64,000 nucleotides of DNA, taken from NCBI RefSeq assembly GCF_056712565.1, contig NZ_CM160072.1, one strand, 5' to 3'. The notes under the pieces were generated by a model. The model was not told where the DNA came from. It did not search any database and saw only the letters and a program-made list of their open reading frames with translations. Of the stretch, positions 41,221 through 56,016 are shown piece by piece. Made by a program: the position numbers and the translations under genes. Numbering within the stretch: position 1 is the stretch's first letter; each line of letters begins with the position of its first letter.

Positions 41221-42096
41221 TCAGGAAACGTGTTGCTGTGGACTGCGACGATATGCCCAGACCATCATGATCACACCCGCGACAATCATCGGGATGGAAA
41301 GAATTTGCCCCATGCTGATGTACTGCACCCAGGCACCAGTAAACTGCGCGTCGGGCTGGCGGAAAAACTCAACAATGATGCGAAACGCGCCGTAACCAAT
41401 CAGGAACAAGCCTGAGACAGCTCCCATTGGGCGCGGTTTACGAATATACAGGTTGAGGATAATAAACAGCACCACACCTTCCAGCAGCAGCTCGTAAAGC
41501 TGTGATGGGTGGCGCGGCAGCACACCGTAAGTGTCGAAAATGGATTGCCACTGCGGGTTGGTTTGCAGCAGCAAAATATCTTCTGTACGGGAGCCAGGGA
41601 ACAGCATGGCAAACGGGAAGTTCGGGTCAACGCGGCCCCACAATTCACCGTTAATAAAGTTGCCCAGGCGCCCAGCACCAAGACCAAACGGAATGAGTGG
41701 GGCAATAAAATCAGAGACCTGGAAGAAGGAACGTTTAGTACGGCGGGCGAAGATAATCATCACCACGATAACGCCAATCAGGCCTCCGTGGAAGGACATG
41801 CCGCCGTCCCAGACACGGAAAAGATACAGCGGATCGGCCATAAACTGCGGGAAATTGTAGAACAGAACATAACCAATACGTCCACCGAGGAAGACGCCGA
41901 GGAAGCCCGCATAGAGTAAGTTTTCAACTTCATTTTTGGTCCAGCCACTGCCCGGACGATTCGCCCGTCGTGTTGCCAGCCACATTGCAAAAATGAAACC
42001 CACCAGATACATCAGGCCGTACCAGTGAAGCGCCACGGGTCCTATTGAGAAAATGACCGGATCAAACTCCGGAAAATGCAGATAGCTACTGGTCAT
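41221..42096 (-). CDS. lgt: Prolipoprotein diacylglyceryl transferase
   Basis: 291 aa polytopic membrane protein immediately upstream of thyA. Confidence 0.95.
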
Positions 42097-42246
42097 CTGT
42101 CACCACAAGTTCTTGTTATTTCGCTGAAAGAGAACAGCGATTGAAATGCGCGCCGCAGGTTTCAGGCGCTCCAAAGGTGCGAATAATAGCACAAGGGGAC
42201 CTGGCTGGTTGCCGGATACCGTTAAAAGATATGTATATGATCCGCG

Positions 42247-44493
42247 CTATAACCCCCCGCGAATCAGCCCGCCCATGCCGCGACGCTCCATAAAGGCAGC
42301 AACCTGATGGCGAACTTCGGTCGCCAGTTGCGCTTCCAGACTACGCTGCGCAAGATTTTCTGCTTCAGCAAAATCAATGCGCCGCAGCAGGTATTTTACG
42401 CGCGCTACAGAACGTCCGTTCATAGACAGATGGCGATACCCAAGCCCAATGAGGATTGCCACGCACATGGGATCGCCCGCCATTTCACCGCACAAACGGA
42501 GATCGATTCCATGTATTTCCGCTTCCCGGGCGATCATCGCCAGAGCTCGTAACATTGCAGGATGAAGACTGTCATAAATGTTCGCCACCCGGGTATTGTT
42601 GCGATCAACGGCCAGGATGTATTGAGTCAGATCGTTGGTGCCAACAGAGATGAAATCGACCCGCTTTGCCAGATGCGGCAGCATAAATACCATTGACGGC
42701 ACTTCCAGCATGATGCCGATACGTGGTTTGGGAATTTCGTAACCGATCATCTCCTCGACTTCACGTCCGGCACGTTCAATCAGGCGGCGTGCTTCGTCAA
42801 CTTCATCGAGGCTTGTGACCATCGGCAACAGAATATTCAGGTTGCCCGTAGCGGCATTAGCACGCAGCATCGCCCGCACCTGGATCAAGAAGATCTCCGG
42901 CTGATCGAGCGTAATGCGAATCCCACGCCAACCCAGGCATGGATTCTCTTCGCTAATCGGCATGTAAGGCAGCTGCTTATCTGCTCCGACATCCAGCGTA
43001 CGCAAGGTGACGGGTTTATCATTAAACATTTGCAGCATCCCCTGATACTGCGCCACCTGTTCTTCTTCCGACGGAAAACCACTTTGCAGCATGAATGGGA
43101 TTTCAGTGCGATAAAGTCCTATGCCATCAATACGGCTGCCCAGTTTTTCTTCATGTTCCGGGCTTAAACCGGCATTGAGCATGACTTTAATGCGTTCGCC
43201 GCTTTTTAACTGGGCGGGTAAATTGACGTCATCTTCCGCCAGACGGCTAAGCTCGATCTCTTCACTAATTAGCCGCTGATATTCTTGCAGCAGTACCGGT
43301 TCCGGATCGACCAGCAATTCACCGCGATAACCATCGACGATCAGCGTCCGACGATGCAGTACCGAAGGCTGAATATCCGCGCCCATCACGGTAGGTATCC
43401 CCAGCGCACGTACCATGATCGCAGCATGGGAGTTGGCAGCGCCATCGCGCACGACAACACCGACTAAGCGATCCTGGGGCAGCTCAGCAAGCGTTGTCGC
43501 TGACAGTTCATCTGCCACCAGAATGAAACGTTCCGGCCAGGCGTTCGGCCCTTGATTAGCGTCATCAAGATGAAACAGCAATCGCTGACCCAGCGCACGT
43601 AAATCGCCAGCCCGCTCTTTGAGATAGTTATCGCTTAGCGCGGCAAACTGTTCGGCAAATTTTTCAATGACCGTTTTTACCGCCCACTCTGCCACCGAGC
43701 CTTTATCAACCTCGGCAAACAATTCGCGACGCAGCCGGGTATCCGAAAGCAGGTGTGAGTAAAGATCGAAAATAGCCGCCGTTTCTTTTTGTGCACCGGC
43801 AGCAAAGCGTTTGCTATAGCGGCGAAACTCGTTAGCCGCCTCTTCCAACGCCCCGGTCAGTCGTTCGCGTTCCAGAGCCGGATCCAGCGTTGATGCCTGA
43901 TACACCTGTTCCATTAAAGGTAACGTGGCATCCTGCCAGCCTTCGGCAATCGCCACACCAGGTGCTGCCGGTAATGCACGGATTCGCGTCTGGCGATATT
44001 GCCCAAACAAGGCAGTCAACTGCGACTGAGAAAGAATAGCTGCCATCTGGGTGGCAAGCGTCACCAGGAAGGATTCTTCACTTTCGTCATACTGGCGCAA
44101 CTCTCGTTGCTGTACCACCAGTACACCAAGCAACTGGCGACGTTGAATAATTGGTACGCCTAAAAACGCGCGGAAACGTTCTTCTTTTACGGAGGGGATG
44201 TATTTGAAGCTGGGGTGCTTTTGCGCATCTGCAAGGTTTATCGGTTCCGCCAGCCTGCCAACCAGGCCGACGATCCCTTCATCAAACGCGAGCGTTACAG
44301 TGCGACCGCGTGGTTTTTTCAGTCCCCGGGTCGCCATCAGGTAGTAACAACGTCGATCATGATCGGCCAGGTAGACCGAACAGACCTCGGTATCCATCGC
44401 AAGACAGATGTCGGTAACCAGAATATTTAACGCCTCATTCAGGCGTGGTGCGCTGGCTACCTTTTCGACTATTTCGCGCAGGCGAGTGAGCAT
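42247..44493 (-). CDS. ptsP: Nitrogen PTS enzyme I (EI-Ntr), GAF plus PEP-utilising domains
   Basis: 748 aa. Co-oriented and adjacent to rppH. Confidence 0.95.
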   Translation of the reverse strand: MLTRLREIVEKVASAPRLNEALNILVTDICLAMDTEVCSVYLADHDRRCYYLMATRGLKKPRGRTVTLAFDEGIVGLVGRLAEPINLADAQKHPSFKYIPSVKEERFRAFLGVPIIQRRQLLGVLVVQQRELRQYDESEESFLVTLATQMAAILSQSQLTALFGQYRQTRIRALPAAPGVAIAEGWQDATLPLMEQVYQASTLDPALERERLTGALEEAANEFRRYSKRFAAGAQKETAAIFDLYSHLLSDTRLRRELFAEVDKGSVAEWAVKTVIEKFAEQFAALSDNYLKERAGDLRALGQRLLFHLDDANQGPNAWPERFILVADELSATTLAELPQDRLVGVVVRDGAANSHAAIMVRALGIPTVMGADIQPSVLHRRTLIVDGYRGELLVDPEPVLLQEYQRLISEEIELSRLAEDDVNLPAQLKSGERIKVMLNAGLSPEHEEKLGSRIDGIGLYRTEIPFMLQSGFPSEEEQVAQYQGMLQMFNDKPVTLRTLDVGADKQLPYMPISEENPCLGWRGIRITLDQPEIFLIQVRAMLRANAATGNLNILLPMVTSLDEVDEARRLIERAGREVEEMIGYEIPKPRIGIMLEVPSMVFMLPHLAKRVDFISVGTNDLTQYILAVDRNNTRVANIYDSLHPAMLRALAMIAREAEIHGIDLRLCGEMAGDPMCVAILIGLGYRHLSMNGRSVARVKYLLRRIDFAEAENLAQRSLEAQLATEVRHQVAAFMERRGMGGLIRGGL

Positions 44494-44505
44494 AATTGGC
44501 GTGAC

Positions 44506-45036
44506 TTAACCTCTTTTACGTCGATAAGCAGATGCGTTTTGTGGTTTTGGCGTATTTTCCTGCAGTGACATCACCACACTCGCGAACTCTTTCATTACCC
44601 TACGGTAGACATCACGTTTAAATGACACCACCTGTCTGACTGGATACCAGTAACTTACCCATCGCCAGCCGTCAAACTCTGGTGTACTGCTGGTTTGCAT
44701 ATTGATTTCTGCATCGCCGCTCACCAGCTGCAAGAGAAACCATTTTTGTTTTTGGCCGATACAAACCGGCTTCGTGTCCCAACGCACCAAACGTTTCGGT
44801 AATTTGTAGCGCAACCAGTTACGCGTTGAAGCAAGGATTCGAACGTCTTTGCGGCTTAATCCTACTTCTTCAAACAATTCACGGTACATCGCCTGCTCTG
44901 CGGATTCTCCGGGGTTGATTCCGCCTTGCGGAAATTGCCAGGAGTGCTGACCAAATCGCCGGGCCCACATTACCTGCCCCTGGCGATTACAAATCACGAT
45001 ACCTACGTTTGGGCGGTAGCCATCGTCATCAATCAC
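44506..45036 (-). CDS. rppH: RNA pyrophosphohydrolase (Nudix)
   Basis: Nudix box [22 protein letters not shown]; 176 aa. Confidence 0.95.
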
Positions 45037-45179
45037 CGGACTACCTCAAAATAAAGCTTTATATACGAATGATTGTTTCATACTCCAGGAAGACGGTAAA
45101 CCACTCTCTGCAGGGCATTACACACTAATAACAATTGAATAACTCACAGTTATGTGCAGAGTTATAAACAGAGGAAGGG

Positions 45180-45540
45180 GTGGATAGCCGTTTTTATTCA
45201 CCTTTTCTGTGGATAGAGTTGTGAAGAACTACGGAATTACTACGGGAAAACCCGGAGCATTCTGAATAAGACAGATATAGAGATTTTAAAATATTCATTA
45301 TCAGTCAATGCATTACATGTGATTTGAGTAATAAAAAAGAGTAATTCGTGACCCAGGTCACACCTCTCATTTACGTGTTGGCGAAAGATCAACCAATGCC
45401 GTATTTATCCACAGAATGTGCCACTAAGTTAAGCACTGAACCACTAAAAACTGGAGTTTCGTCGCACGTCAAGGCTGTAAATGGAAACAGTAGTGGAGGT
45501 TTTTCACAGTTATCCCAGCTTTCTGTGGATAACATGGTGT
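45180..45540. promoter_or_regulatory. DARS2-like DnaA-reactivating sequence (DnaA-box cluster in the rppH-mutH intergenic region)
   Basis: Exact TTATCCACA at 45405-45413; exact reverse-orientation box tgtggataa at 45524-45532; near-consensus ctgtggata at 45207-45215. Matches the E. coli position of DARS2 between ygdP(rppH) and mutH. Confidence 0.6.
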
Positions 45541-45720
45541 AAGATCCTGTTTATTTTCAGTGACCAGATTTGGAAAACCCGTTGCAGTGTTGCGCAACTC
45601 GTTTACCGGCAACCTAAAAAGCAATATAAATCAGAGAATTGAACAACGCATGTGGAAAAAGTTACACTGCGAATATTCAGCACATAATTGCTGTTTGTTT
45701 TTTAACCAAGGTATCATGAC

Positions 45721-46410
45721 ATGTCCCAACCTCGCCCACTGCTCTCTCCTCCCGAAACTGAAGAACAATTGTTAGCGCAAGCACAACAACTTTCTGGTTA
45801 TACATTGGGAGAACTGGCGGCACTTGCCGGGCTGGTTACGCCGGAGAATTTAAAACGCGATAAGGGCTGGATTGGCGTGTTACTGGAGATCTGGCTAGGT
45901 GCCAGCGCAGGGAGTAAACCTGAGCAAGATTTTGCTGCTCTGGGCGTGGAACTTAAAACTATCCCTGTGGATAGTCTTGGTCGTCCACTGGAAACAACAT
46001 TCGTTTGTGTTGCCCCGTTAACGGGCAATAGCGGGGTGACCTGGGAAACCAGCCACGTGCGCCACAAGCTCAAACGCGTGCTGTGGATACCGGTTGAAGG
46101 CGAGCGCAGCATCCCGCTGGCAAAGCGTCGCGTAGGATCACCGTTGCTGTGGAGCCCGAATGAAGAGGAAGACCGGCAGCTACGCGAAGACTGGGAAGAA
46201 TTAATGGATATGATTGTTCTCGGTCAGATTGAGCGGATCACCGCTCGTCACGGGGAATATTTACAGATACGACCGAAAGCAGCGAATGCGAAAGCGCTGA
46301 CCGAAGCTATTGGTGCCCGGGGCGAACGGATTCTGACGCTGCCGCGCGGATTTTATTTGAAGAAGAATTTCACCAGTGCGCTACTGGCCCGTCATTTTCT
46401 GATCCAGTAG
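45721..46410 (+). CDS. mutH: DNA mismatch repair endonuclease MutH
   Basis: 229 aa; [33 protein letters not shown]. Confidence 0.95.
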
Positions 46411-46478
46411 CCATCGCTTTGACCTGCCGCTTTCCGGGCATATAATTACCGCTTCATTTTTTTGGCAGGGCTTTTTAG

Positions 46479-47192
46479 ATGTTATTTGCATGGATAACCG
46501 ATCCTAACGCCTGGCTTGCGCTCGGTACACTGACGCTGCTGGAGATCGTTCTTGGGATCGACAATATTATTTTCCTTTCTCTGGTGGTGGCAAAGCTTCC
46601 CACAGCACAACGTGCTCATGCGCGCCGTCTGGGGTTGGCGGGAGCCATGGTCATGCGTCTGGCGCTGCTGGCATCCATCGCCTGGGTTACGCGCCTGACG
46701 AATCCGCTTTTTACAATATTCAGTCAGGAAATTTCCGCCCGTGATTTGATCCTGCTTCTGGGTGGCTTGTTCCTTATCTGGAAAGCCAGCAAGGAAATCC
46801 ACGAATCCATCGAAGGTGAAGAAGAAGGGCTGAAAACACGCGTTTCATCATTCCTCGGCGCTATCGTGCAGATTATGCTGCTGGATATTATCTTCAGCCT
46901 CGACTCGGTGATTACCGCTGTGGGTCTGTCAGATCACCTGTTTATTATGATGGCTGCCGTGGTGATTGCCGTAGGCGTGATGATGTTCGCCGCGCGCTCG
47001 ATTGGTGATTTTGTCGAGCGCCATCCTTCGGTAAAAATGCTGGCGCTCTCTTTCCTGATTCTGGTGGGCTTTACCCTGATTCTGGAAAGTTTCGACATCC
47101 ACGTACCGAAAGGTTACATCTACTTCGCGATGTTCTTCTCTATTGCGGTTGAAAGCCTCAACCTGATTCGCAACAAAAAGAATCCGCTCTGA
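46479..47192 (+). CDS. ygdQ: TerC-family inner-membrane protein
   Basis: 237 aa polytopic membrane protein. Gene order. Confidence 0.9.
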
Positions 47193-47329
47193 TACTCCGT
47201 ACGCTCTCCTGCGGGAGGGCGTACTCACTCCTGTTACCCTCACAGTTTAAGATTTTCCTGCTTTCAAGATATATAACGTCGGTTTATAAACAGACTATTA
47301 TCATAGGTGGGCCAAATGAGGATAACCGG

Positions 47330-47548
47330 ATGAAAAAATGGGCAGTAATAATTTCTGCAGTCGGACTGGCGTTTGCTGTTTCCGGGTGTTCCAGTGATTA
47401 CGTCATGGCGACCAAAGATGGCCGTATGATTTTGACCGATGGAAAACCTGAAATTGATGATGATACCGGGCTGGTGAGTTATCACGATCAGCAAGGTAAC
47501 GCGATGCAAATTAACCGTGATGATGTTTCGCAAATTATTGAACGTTAA
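47330..47548 (+). CDS. ygdR: Small lipoprotein YgdR
   Basis: Signal peptide with lipobox VSGC; 72 aa. Confidence 0.9.
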
Positions 47549-47655
47549 CAAATAAGGTCAGCATCCGGCTGGCCTTAAGATTTTTCTCTTTCCCTTTTCC
47601 CTTCCCTCTGCCATTTTTATATTCCTTATGTCGTGATTATAAAAAGGAAACGGCT

Positions 47656-48696
47656 ATGCAATATCACCGTATACCCCACAGTTCGCTGGAAGTCAGCACG
47701 CTGGGGCTTGGCACGATGACGTTTGGTGAACAGAACAGCGAAGCCGACGCCCACGCACAACTCGACTATGCCGTCGCTCAGGGCATTAACCTTATCGACG
47801 TTGCCGAAATGTACCCAGTACCTCCGCGCCCCGAAACTCAAGGGCTAACCGAAACCTACGTCGGCAACTGGCTGGCGAAACATGGCAGCCGCGAAAAGTT
47901 AATTATCGCCTCCAAAGTGAGCGGACCGTCGCGCAATAATGACAAAGGCATCCGCCCGGATCAGGCGCTGGATCGGAAGAATATCCGCGAAGCGCTGCAT
48001 GACAGCCTCAAGCGTCTGCAGACTGATTACCTCGATCTCTATCAGGTGCACTGGCCGCAGCGCCCAACCAACTGCTTCGGCAAACTCGGTTATAGCTGGA
48101 CAGATTCTGCGCCTGCGGTTTCGCTGCTGGATACGCTGGACGCACTGGCAGAGTACCAACGCGCGGGAAAAATTCGTTATATCGGCGTGTCGAACGAAAC
48201 TGCATTTGGCGTAATGCGCTACCTGCATCTGGCGGACAAACACGATCTGCCGCGTATTGTCACCATTCAGAACCCCTACAGCCTGTTAAACCGCAGTTTT
48301 GAAGTAGGTCTGGCAGAAGTCAGCCAGTATGAAGGGGTCGAACTGCTGGCCTATTCGTGCCTGGGTTTCGGCACACTGACCGGGAAATATCTCAATGGTG
48401 CAAAACCCGCTGGCGCACGTAATACGCTCTTTAGTCGGTTCACCCGCTATAGCGGTGAGCAAACGCAAAAAGCCGTCGCGGCGTATGTTGATATCGCCAG
48501 ACGTCATGGCCTGGACCCTGCTCAGATGGCGCTCGCATTTGTACGCCGTCAACCGTTTGTTGCCAGCACTCTGCTGGGCGCAACCACGATGGAGCAGCTG
48601 AAAACTAACGTCGAAAGTTTGCATCTGGAGTTGAGCGAAGACGTATTAGCTGAAATTGAAGCGGTGCATCAGGTTTATACGTATCCTGCACCATAA
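47656..48696 (+). CDS. tas: Aldo-keto reductase Tas
   Basis: 346 aa AKR family. Gene order. Confidence 0.93.
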   Translation: MQYHRIPHSSLEVSTLGLGTMTFGEQNSEADAHAQLDYAVAQGINLIDVAEMYPVPPRPETQGLTETYVGNWLAKHGSREKLIIASKVSGPSRNNDKGIRPDQALDRKNIREALHDSLKRLQTDYLDLYQVHWPQRPTNCFGKLGYSWTDSAPAVSLLDTLDALAEYQRAGKIRYIGVSNETAFGVMRYLHLADKHDLPRIVTIQNPYSLLNRSFEVGLAEVSQYEGVELLAYSCLGFGTLTGKYLNGAKPAGARNTLFSRFTRYSGEQTQKAVAAYVDIARRHGLDPAQMALAFVRRQPFVASTLLGATTMEQLKTNVESLHLELSEDVLAEIEAVHQVYTYPAP

Positions 48697-48699
48697 GAT

Positions 48700-48726
48700 T
48701 AACGCCGGTTAAAACCGGCGTTAAAT
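48700..48726. terminator. Bidirectional terminator palindrome between convergent tas and lplT
   Basis: Perfect palindrome ttaacgccggttaaaaccggcgttaa. Confidence 0.5.
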
Positions 48727-48727
48727 A

Positions 48728-52094
<3,367 letters not shown>

Positions 52095-52160
52095 TCAGTA
52101 AAAGCGAATGGAGGGAGATTACACGAGATAAAGAACGCGAGCGACAGTAAATTAGGTGCG

Positions 52161-52248
52161 AAAAAAAACCTGCGCATCCGCGCAGGTTGGTGCAAGAGAC
52201 TGGGTACGAAGAGCGTACCGAATAATCTCACCAATCAATACCTCTGGG
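52161..52248 (-). ncRNA. omrA: Small regulatory RNA OmrA
   Basis: Minus strand begins CCCAGAGGUAUUGAUUGGUGAGAUUAUUCGGUACGCUCUUCGUACCC and ends in the terminator hairpin CCUGCGCGGAUGCGCAGG plus U8. Recognised from memory of the E. coli OmrA sequence. Confidence 0.85.
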
Positions 52249-52362
52249 ATCTTGATTGTGGTCTGCACGACGACTCTTCGCCAGCGAGAAAACGCAAAGG
52301 AATGAAGGGAAATGCAACGAGGTGTGTAAATTGTCGGTTACTGTTACAGATTGATGACCGGC

Positions 52363-52445
52363 AAAAAAAAACCTGCGCATCTGCGCAGGCTGGTGTAATT
52401 CATGTGCTCAACCCGAAGTTGACTTCACCTATCAATACCTCTGGG
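52363..52445 (-). ncRNA. omrB: Small regulatory RNA OmrB
   Basis: Minus strand begins CCCAGAGGUAUUGAUAGGUGAAGUCAACUUCGGGUUGAGCACAUG and ends in CCUGCGCAGAUGCGCAGG plus U9. Paralogue of OmrA with identical 5' and 3' ends. Confidence 0.85.
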
Positions 52446-52658
52446 ATCACCACTTTAGCAACCTGAAGCCAAACGCCACCAGCGGTCAATCGCAACAGCG
52501 TTTCGCAAAGTGTAACCAAAGGTTTGCAATCTCTTTTTTTGTCTTACTTATTTGCGTTTGGCTCACATTCCCACAATGAAAACACGCCGCCCCTTGAACC
52601 AACGGGCGTTTTCCGTAACACTGAAAGAATGTAAGCGTTTACCCACTAAGGTATTTTC

Positions 52659-53690
52659 ATGGCGACCATAAAGGATGTAGCCCGACTGGCAGGCGTTTCA
52701 GTCGCCACCGTTTCCCGCGTCATTAATAATTCACCCAAAGCCAGCGAAGCTTCCCGGCTTGCTGTGCATAGTGCAATGGAGTCTCTTAGCTATCACCCGA
52801 ACGCCAACGCCCGTGCTCTGGCGCAGCAGACCACTGAAACGATCGGTCTGGTCGTTGGTGATGTTTCCGATCCGTTTTTCGGCGCAATGGTGAAAGCGGT
52901 CGAACAGGTGGCTTATCACACTGGTAATTTTTTATTGATTGGCAACGGTTACCACAACGAACAAAAAGAGCGTCAGGCCATTGAGCAACTGATCCGCCAT
53001 CGCTGTGCTGCGCTGGTTGTCCATGCCAAAATGATCCCGGATGCCGATTTAGCCTCATTAATGAAACAAATGCCCGGTATGGTGCTGATCAACCGTATCC
53101 TGCCTGGCTTTGAAAACCGTTGTATTGCTCTGGACGATCGTTACGGTGCCTGGCTGGCAACGCGTCATTTAATTCAGCAAGGTCATACCCGCATTGGTTA
53201 TCTGTGCTCTAACCACTCTATTTCTGACGCCGAAGATCGTCTGCAAGGGTATTACGATGCCCTTGCTGAAAGTGGTATTCCGGCCAATGACCGGCTGGTG
53301 ACATTTGGCGAACCAGACGAAAGCGGCGGCGAACAGGCAATGACCGAGCTTTTGGGACGAGGCAGAAATTTCACTGCGGTAGCCTGTTATAACGATTCAA
53401 TGGCGGCGGGCGCGATGGGCGTGCTCAATGATAATGGTATTGATGTACCGGGTGAGATTTCGTTAATTGGCTTTGATGATGTGCTGGTGTCACGCTATGT
53501 GCGTCCGCGCCTGACCACCGTGCGTTACCCAATCGTGACGATGGCGACGCAGGCTGCCGAACTGGCTTTGGCGCTGGCGGATAATCGCCCTCTCCCGGAA
53601 ATCACTAATGTCTTTAGTCCGACGCTGGTACGTCGCCATTCAGTGTCAACTCCGTCGCTGGAGGCAAGTCATCATGCAACCAGCGACTAA
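52659..53690 (+). CDS. galR: Galactose operon repressor (LacI family)
   Basis: MATIKDVARLAGVSVATVSRVIN helix-turn-helix; 343 aa. Confidence 0.95.
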   Translation: MATIKDVARLAGVSVATVSRVINNSPKASEASRLAVHSAMESLSYHPNANARALAQQTTETIGLVVGDVSDPFFGAMVKAVEQVAYHTGNFLLIGNGYHNEQKERQAIEQLIRHRCAALVVHAKMIPDADLASLMKQMPGMVLINRILPGFENRCIALDDRYGAWLATRHLIQQGHTRIGYLCSNHSISDAEDRLQGYYDALAESGIPANDRLVTFGEPDESGGEQAMTELLGRGRNFTAVACYNDSMAAGAMGVLNDNGIDVPGEISLIGFDDVLVSRYVRPRLTTVRYPIVTMATQAAELALALADNRPLPEITNVFSPTLVRRHSVSTPSLEASHHATSD

Positions 53691-53696
53691 CCGCAG

Positions 53697-54959
53697 TTAA
53701 AGCAATTCCAGCGCCAGTAATTCTTCAATGGTCTGGCGACGGCGAATCAACCGCGCCTGACCATTATCAAACAGAACTTCTGGTAACAGCGGACGGCTGT
53801 TGTAGTTGGATGACATTGATGCGCCATATGCCCCTGTATCATGCAGTACCAGATAATCACACGCCTTCACTTCCGGCAAGGCGCGGGTTTCAACATTTCC
53901 CCCTTCCTGCTGGGTAAAGACATCGCCCGATTCACATAACGGCCCGGCGACGACGGTTTCCACCGTTGGTGCGTGTTCCAGAGAACGACCATCAGCTGCC
54001 AGGGCACTGATATGGTGGTAACTACCGTACATTGCCGGGCGCATCAGATCGTTGAACCCGGCATCAACCAGCACAAAGTGGCGGCTACCCATTTGTTTGA
54101 CGCTCCGCACTTGAGTAATTAATACGCCAGCCTGCGCTACCAGAAAGCGACCCGGTTCAATTTCCAGTTTCACAGGATGGCCCAAATGGCGGGCGATTTG
54201 CTCACGCGCGGCATTCCACAGACCATAATAATGTTCGGTATCAACCGCCTCTTCACCCTGTTGATAAGGAATAGAAAGCCCACCGCCCGCAGAAATAGCC
54301 TGTAAATCCTGACCGAATTCGAGGACCTGACGCACCATAGCACCACATACCTGTTCCAGATGGGCATAATCGACGCCAGAACCAATGTGCATGTGAATGC
54401 CGACCAGCTGTAGATGATGACGTTGTATCACGTCCAGTGCGGCGGGCAGATCGGTGTACCAGATACCGTGCTTGCTGTTTTCGCCACCGGTATTGGTTTT
54501 TTGGCTATGCCCGTGACCAAACCCCGGATTAACACGCAGCCATACCCGATGCCCTGGCGAAACCTGACCCAGTTGGTCGAGCATATCAACAGAACCCGCA
54601 TTCACCGGAATTTGCAATTCACTGACGCGTTCAAGCGTCGCCTGATCGATAACATCTGCCGTAAAAACAATATCATCGGGGTGCGTTTGCGGATTGTAAC
54701 CCGCCGCCAGTGCACGCTCTATTTCGCCTAACGAGACGGAATCCACTTTTACGCCCTGCTCACGCATTAAGCGCAAAATATGAATATTGGAACAGGCTTT
54801 CTGTGCAAAGCGCACCACATCAAACTGTTTCAGCGCTGCAATCTGCCGACGAATAATTTGCGCATCGTAGACCCACACCGGGCAGCCAAATTCTGCGGGC
54901 AAACGCAGCAGATTTTCGGCGGTGAGATCGGTATCAGTGCTGAACAGTGAATGTGGCAT
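53697..54959 (-). CDS. lysA: Diaminopimelate decarboxylase
   Basis: 420 aa. Divergent from lysR. Confidence 0.95.
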   Translation of the reverse strand: MPHSLFSTDTDLTAENLLRLPAEFGCPVWVYDAQIIRRQIAALKQFDVVRFAQKACSNIHILRLMREQGVKVDSVSLGEIERALAAGYNPQTHPDDIVFTADVIDQATLERVSELQIPVNAGSVDMLDQLGQVSPGHRVWLRVNPGFGHGHSQKTNTGGENSKHGIWYTDLPAALDVIQRHHLQLVGIHMHIGSGVDYAHLEQVCGAMVRQVLEFGQDLQAISAGGGLSIPYQQGEEAVDTEHYYGLWNAAREQIARHLGHPVKLEIEPGRFLVAQAGVLITQVRSVKQMGSRHFVLVDAGFNDLMRPAMYGSYHHISALAADGRSLEHAPTVETVVAGPLCESGDVFTQQEGGNVETRALPEVKACDYLVLHDTGAYGASMSSNYNSRPLLPEVLFDNGQARLIRRRQTIEELLALELL

Positions 54960-55080
54960 AACAAACTCCAGATAAGTGCTTTTTTATGATTACGCCACAT
55001 CATAAAAAGAATAAAAAATATCGATTTATGTCGAGTCTATGCAAAAATGATATGGATTACCGGATTGCGAGAGAGCGCTA

Positions 55081-56016
55081 ATGGCCGCAGTTAACTTACG
55101 TCATATTGAAATTTTTCATGCGGTAATGACCGCCGGAAGCCTGACTGAGGCGGCACACCTGCTACACACCTCACAGCCAACCGTCAGCCGCGAACTGGCG
55201 CGCTTTGAGAAGGTGATCGGGCTGAAATTGTTTGAGCGCATACGTGGACGATTACATCCTACCGTGCAAGGACTGCGTCTGTTTGAAGAAGTGCAACGAT
55301 CCTGGTACGGACTGGATCGCATTGTCAGTGCCGCAGAAAGTCTGCGCGAGTTTCGCCAGGGAGAACTGTCTATTGCCTGCCTGCCGGTCTTTTCGCAATC
55401 TTTTTTACCGCAGCTCCTGCAACCCTTTCTGGCACGTTATCCCGATGTCAGCTTAAATATCGTGCCCCAGGAATCACCGCTACTTGAAGAGTGGCTCTCG
55501 GCCCAGCGTCATGATTTAGGACTCACTGAAACGCTCCATACGCCTGCGGGAACAGAACGTACCGAATTACTCTCTTTAGATGAAGTGTGTGTGTTACCTC
55601 CGGGCCATCCGCTGGCGGTAAAAAAGGTATTAACGCCGGATGATTTTCACAGTGAGAACTACATCAGCCTTTCCCGTACTGACAGCTATCGCCAGTTGCT
55701 GGATCAATTGTTTACTGAGAATCAGGTTAAACGACGCATGATCGTAGAAACCCACAGCGCCGCGTCAGTCTGCGCAATGGTACGGGCGGGGGTAGGCGTT
55801 TCGGTGGTTAACCCGCTCACCGCACTGGATTATGCGGCAAGCGGTTTAGTGGTGCGGCGGTTCAGCATTGCGGTTCCATTCACCGTCAGCCTGATCCGCC
55901 CCCTGCACCGCCCGTCATCAGCGCTGGTGCAGGCGTTTAGTGAGCATTTACAAGCGGGATTACCGAAACTGGTCACTTCTCTTGACGCTATTTTGTCGTC
56001 AGCTACGACAGCATAA
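55081..56016 (+). CDS. lysR: LysR transcriptional activator of lysA
   Basis: 311 aa with an N-terminal helix-turn-helix. Divergent arrangement with lysA. Confidence 0.95.

Noticed and set aside
45348-45775. Small ORFs (64 aa and 71 aa) in the rppH-mutH intergenic region
   Set aside because: They overlap the DnaA-box cluster (DARS2-like) and have no RBS. This region is non-coding in E. coli.
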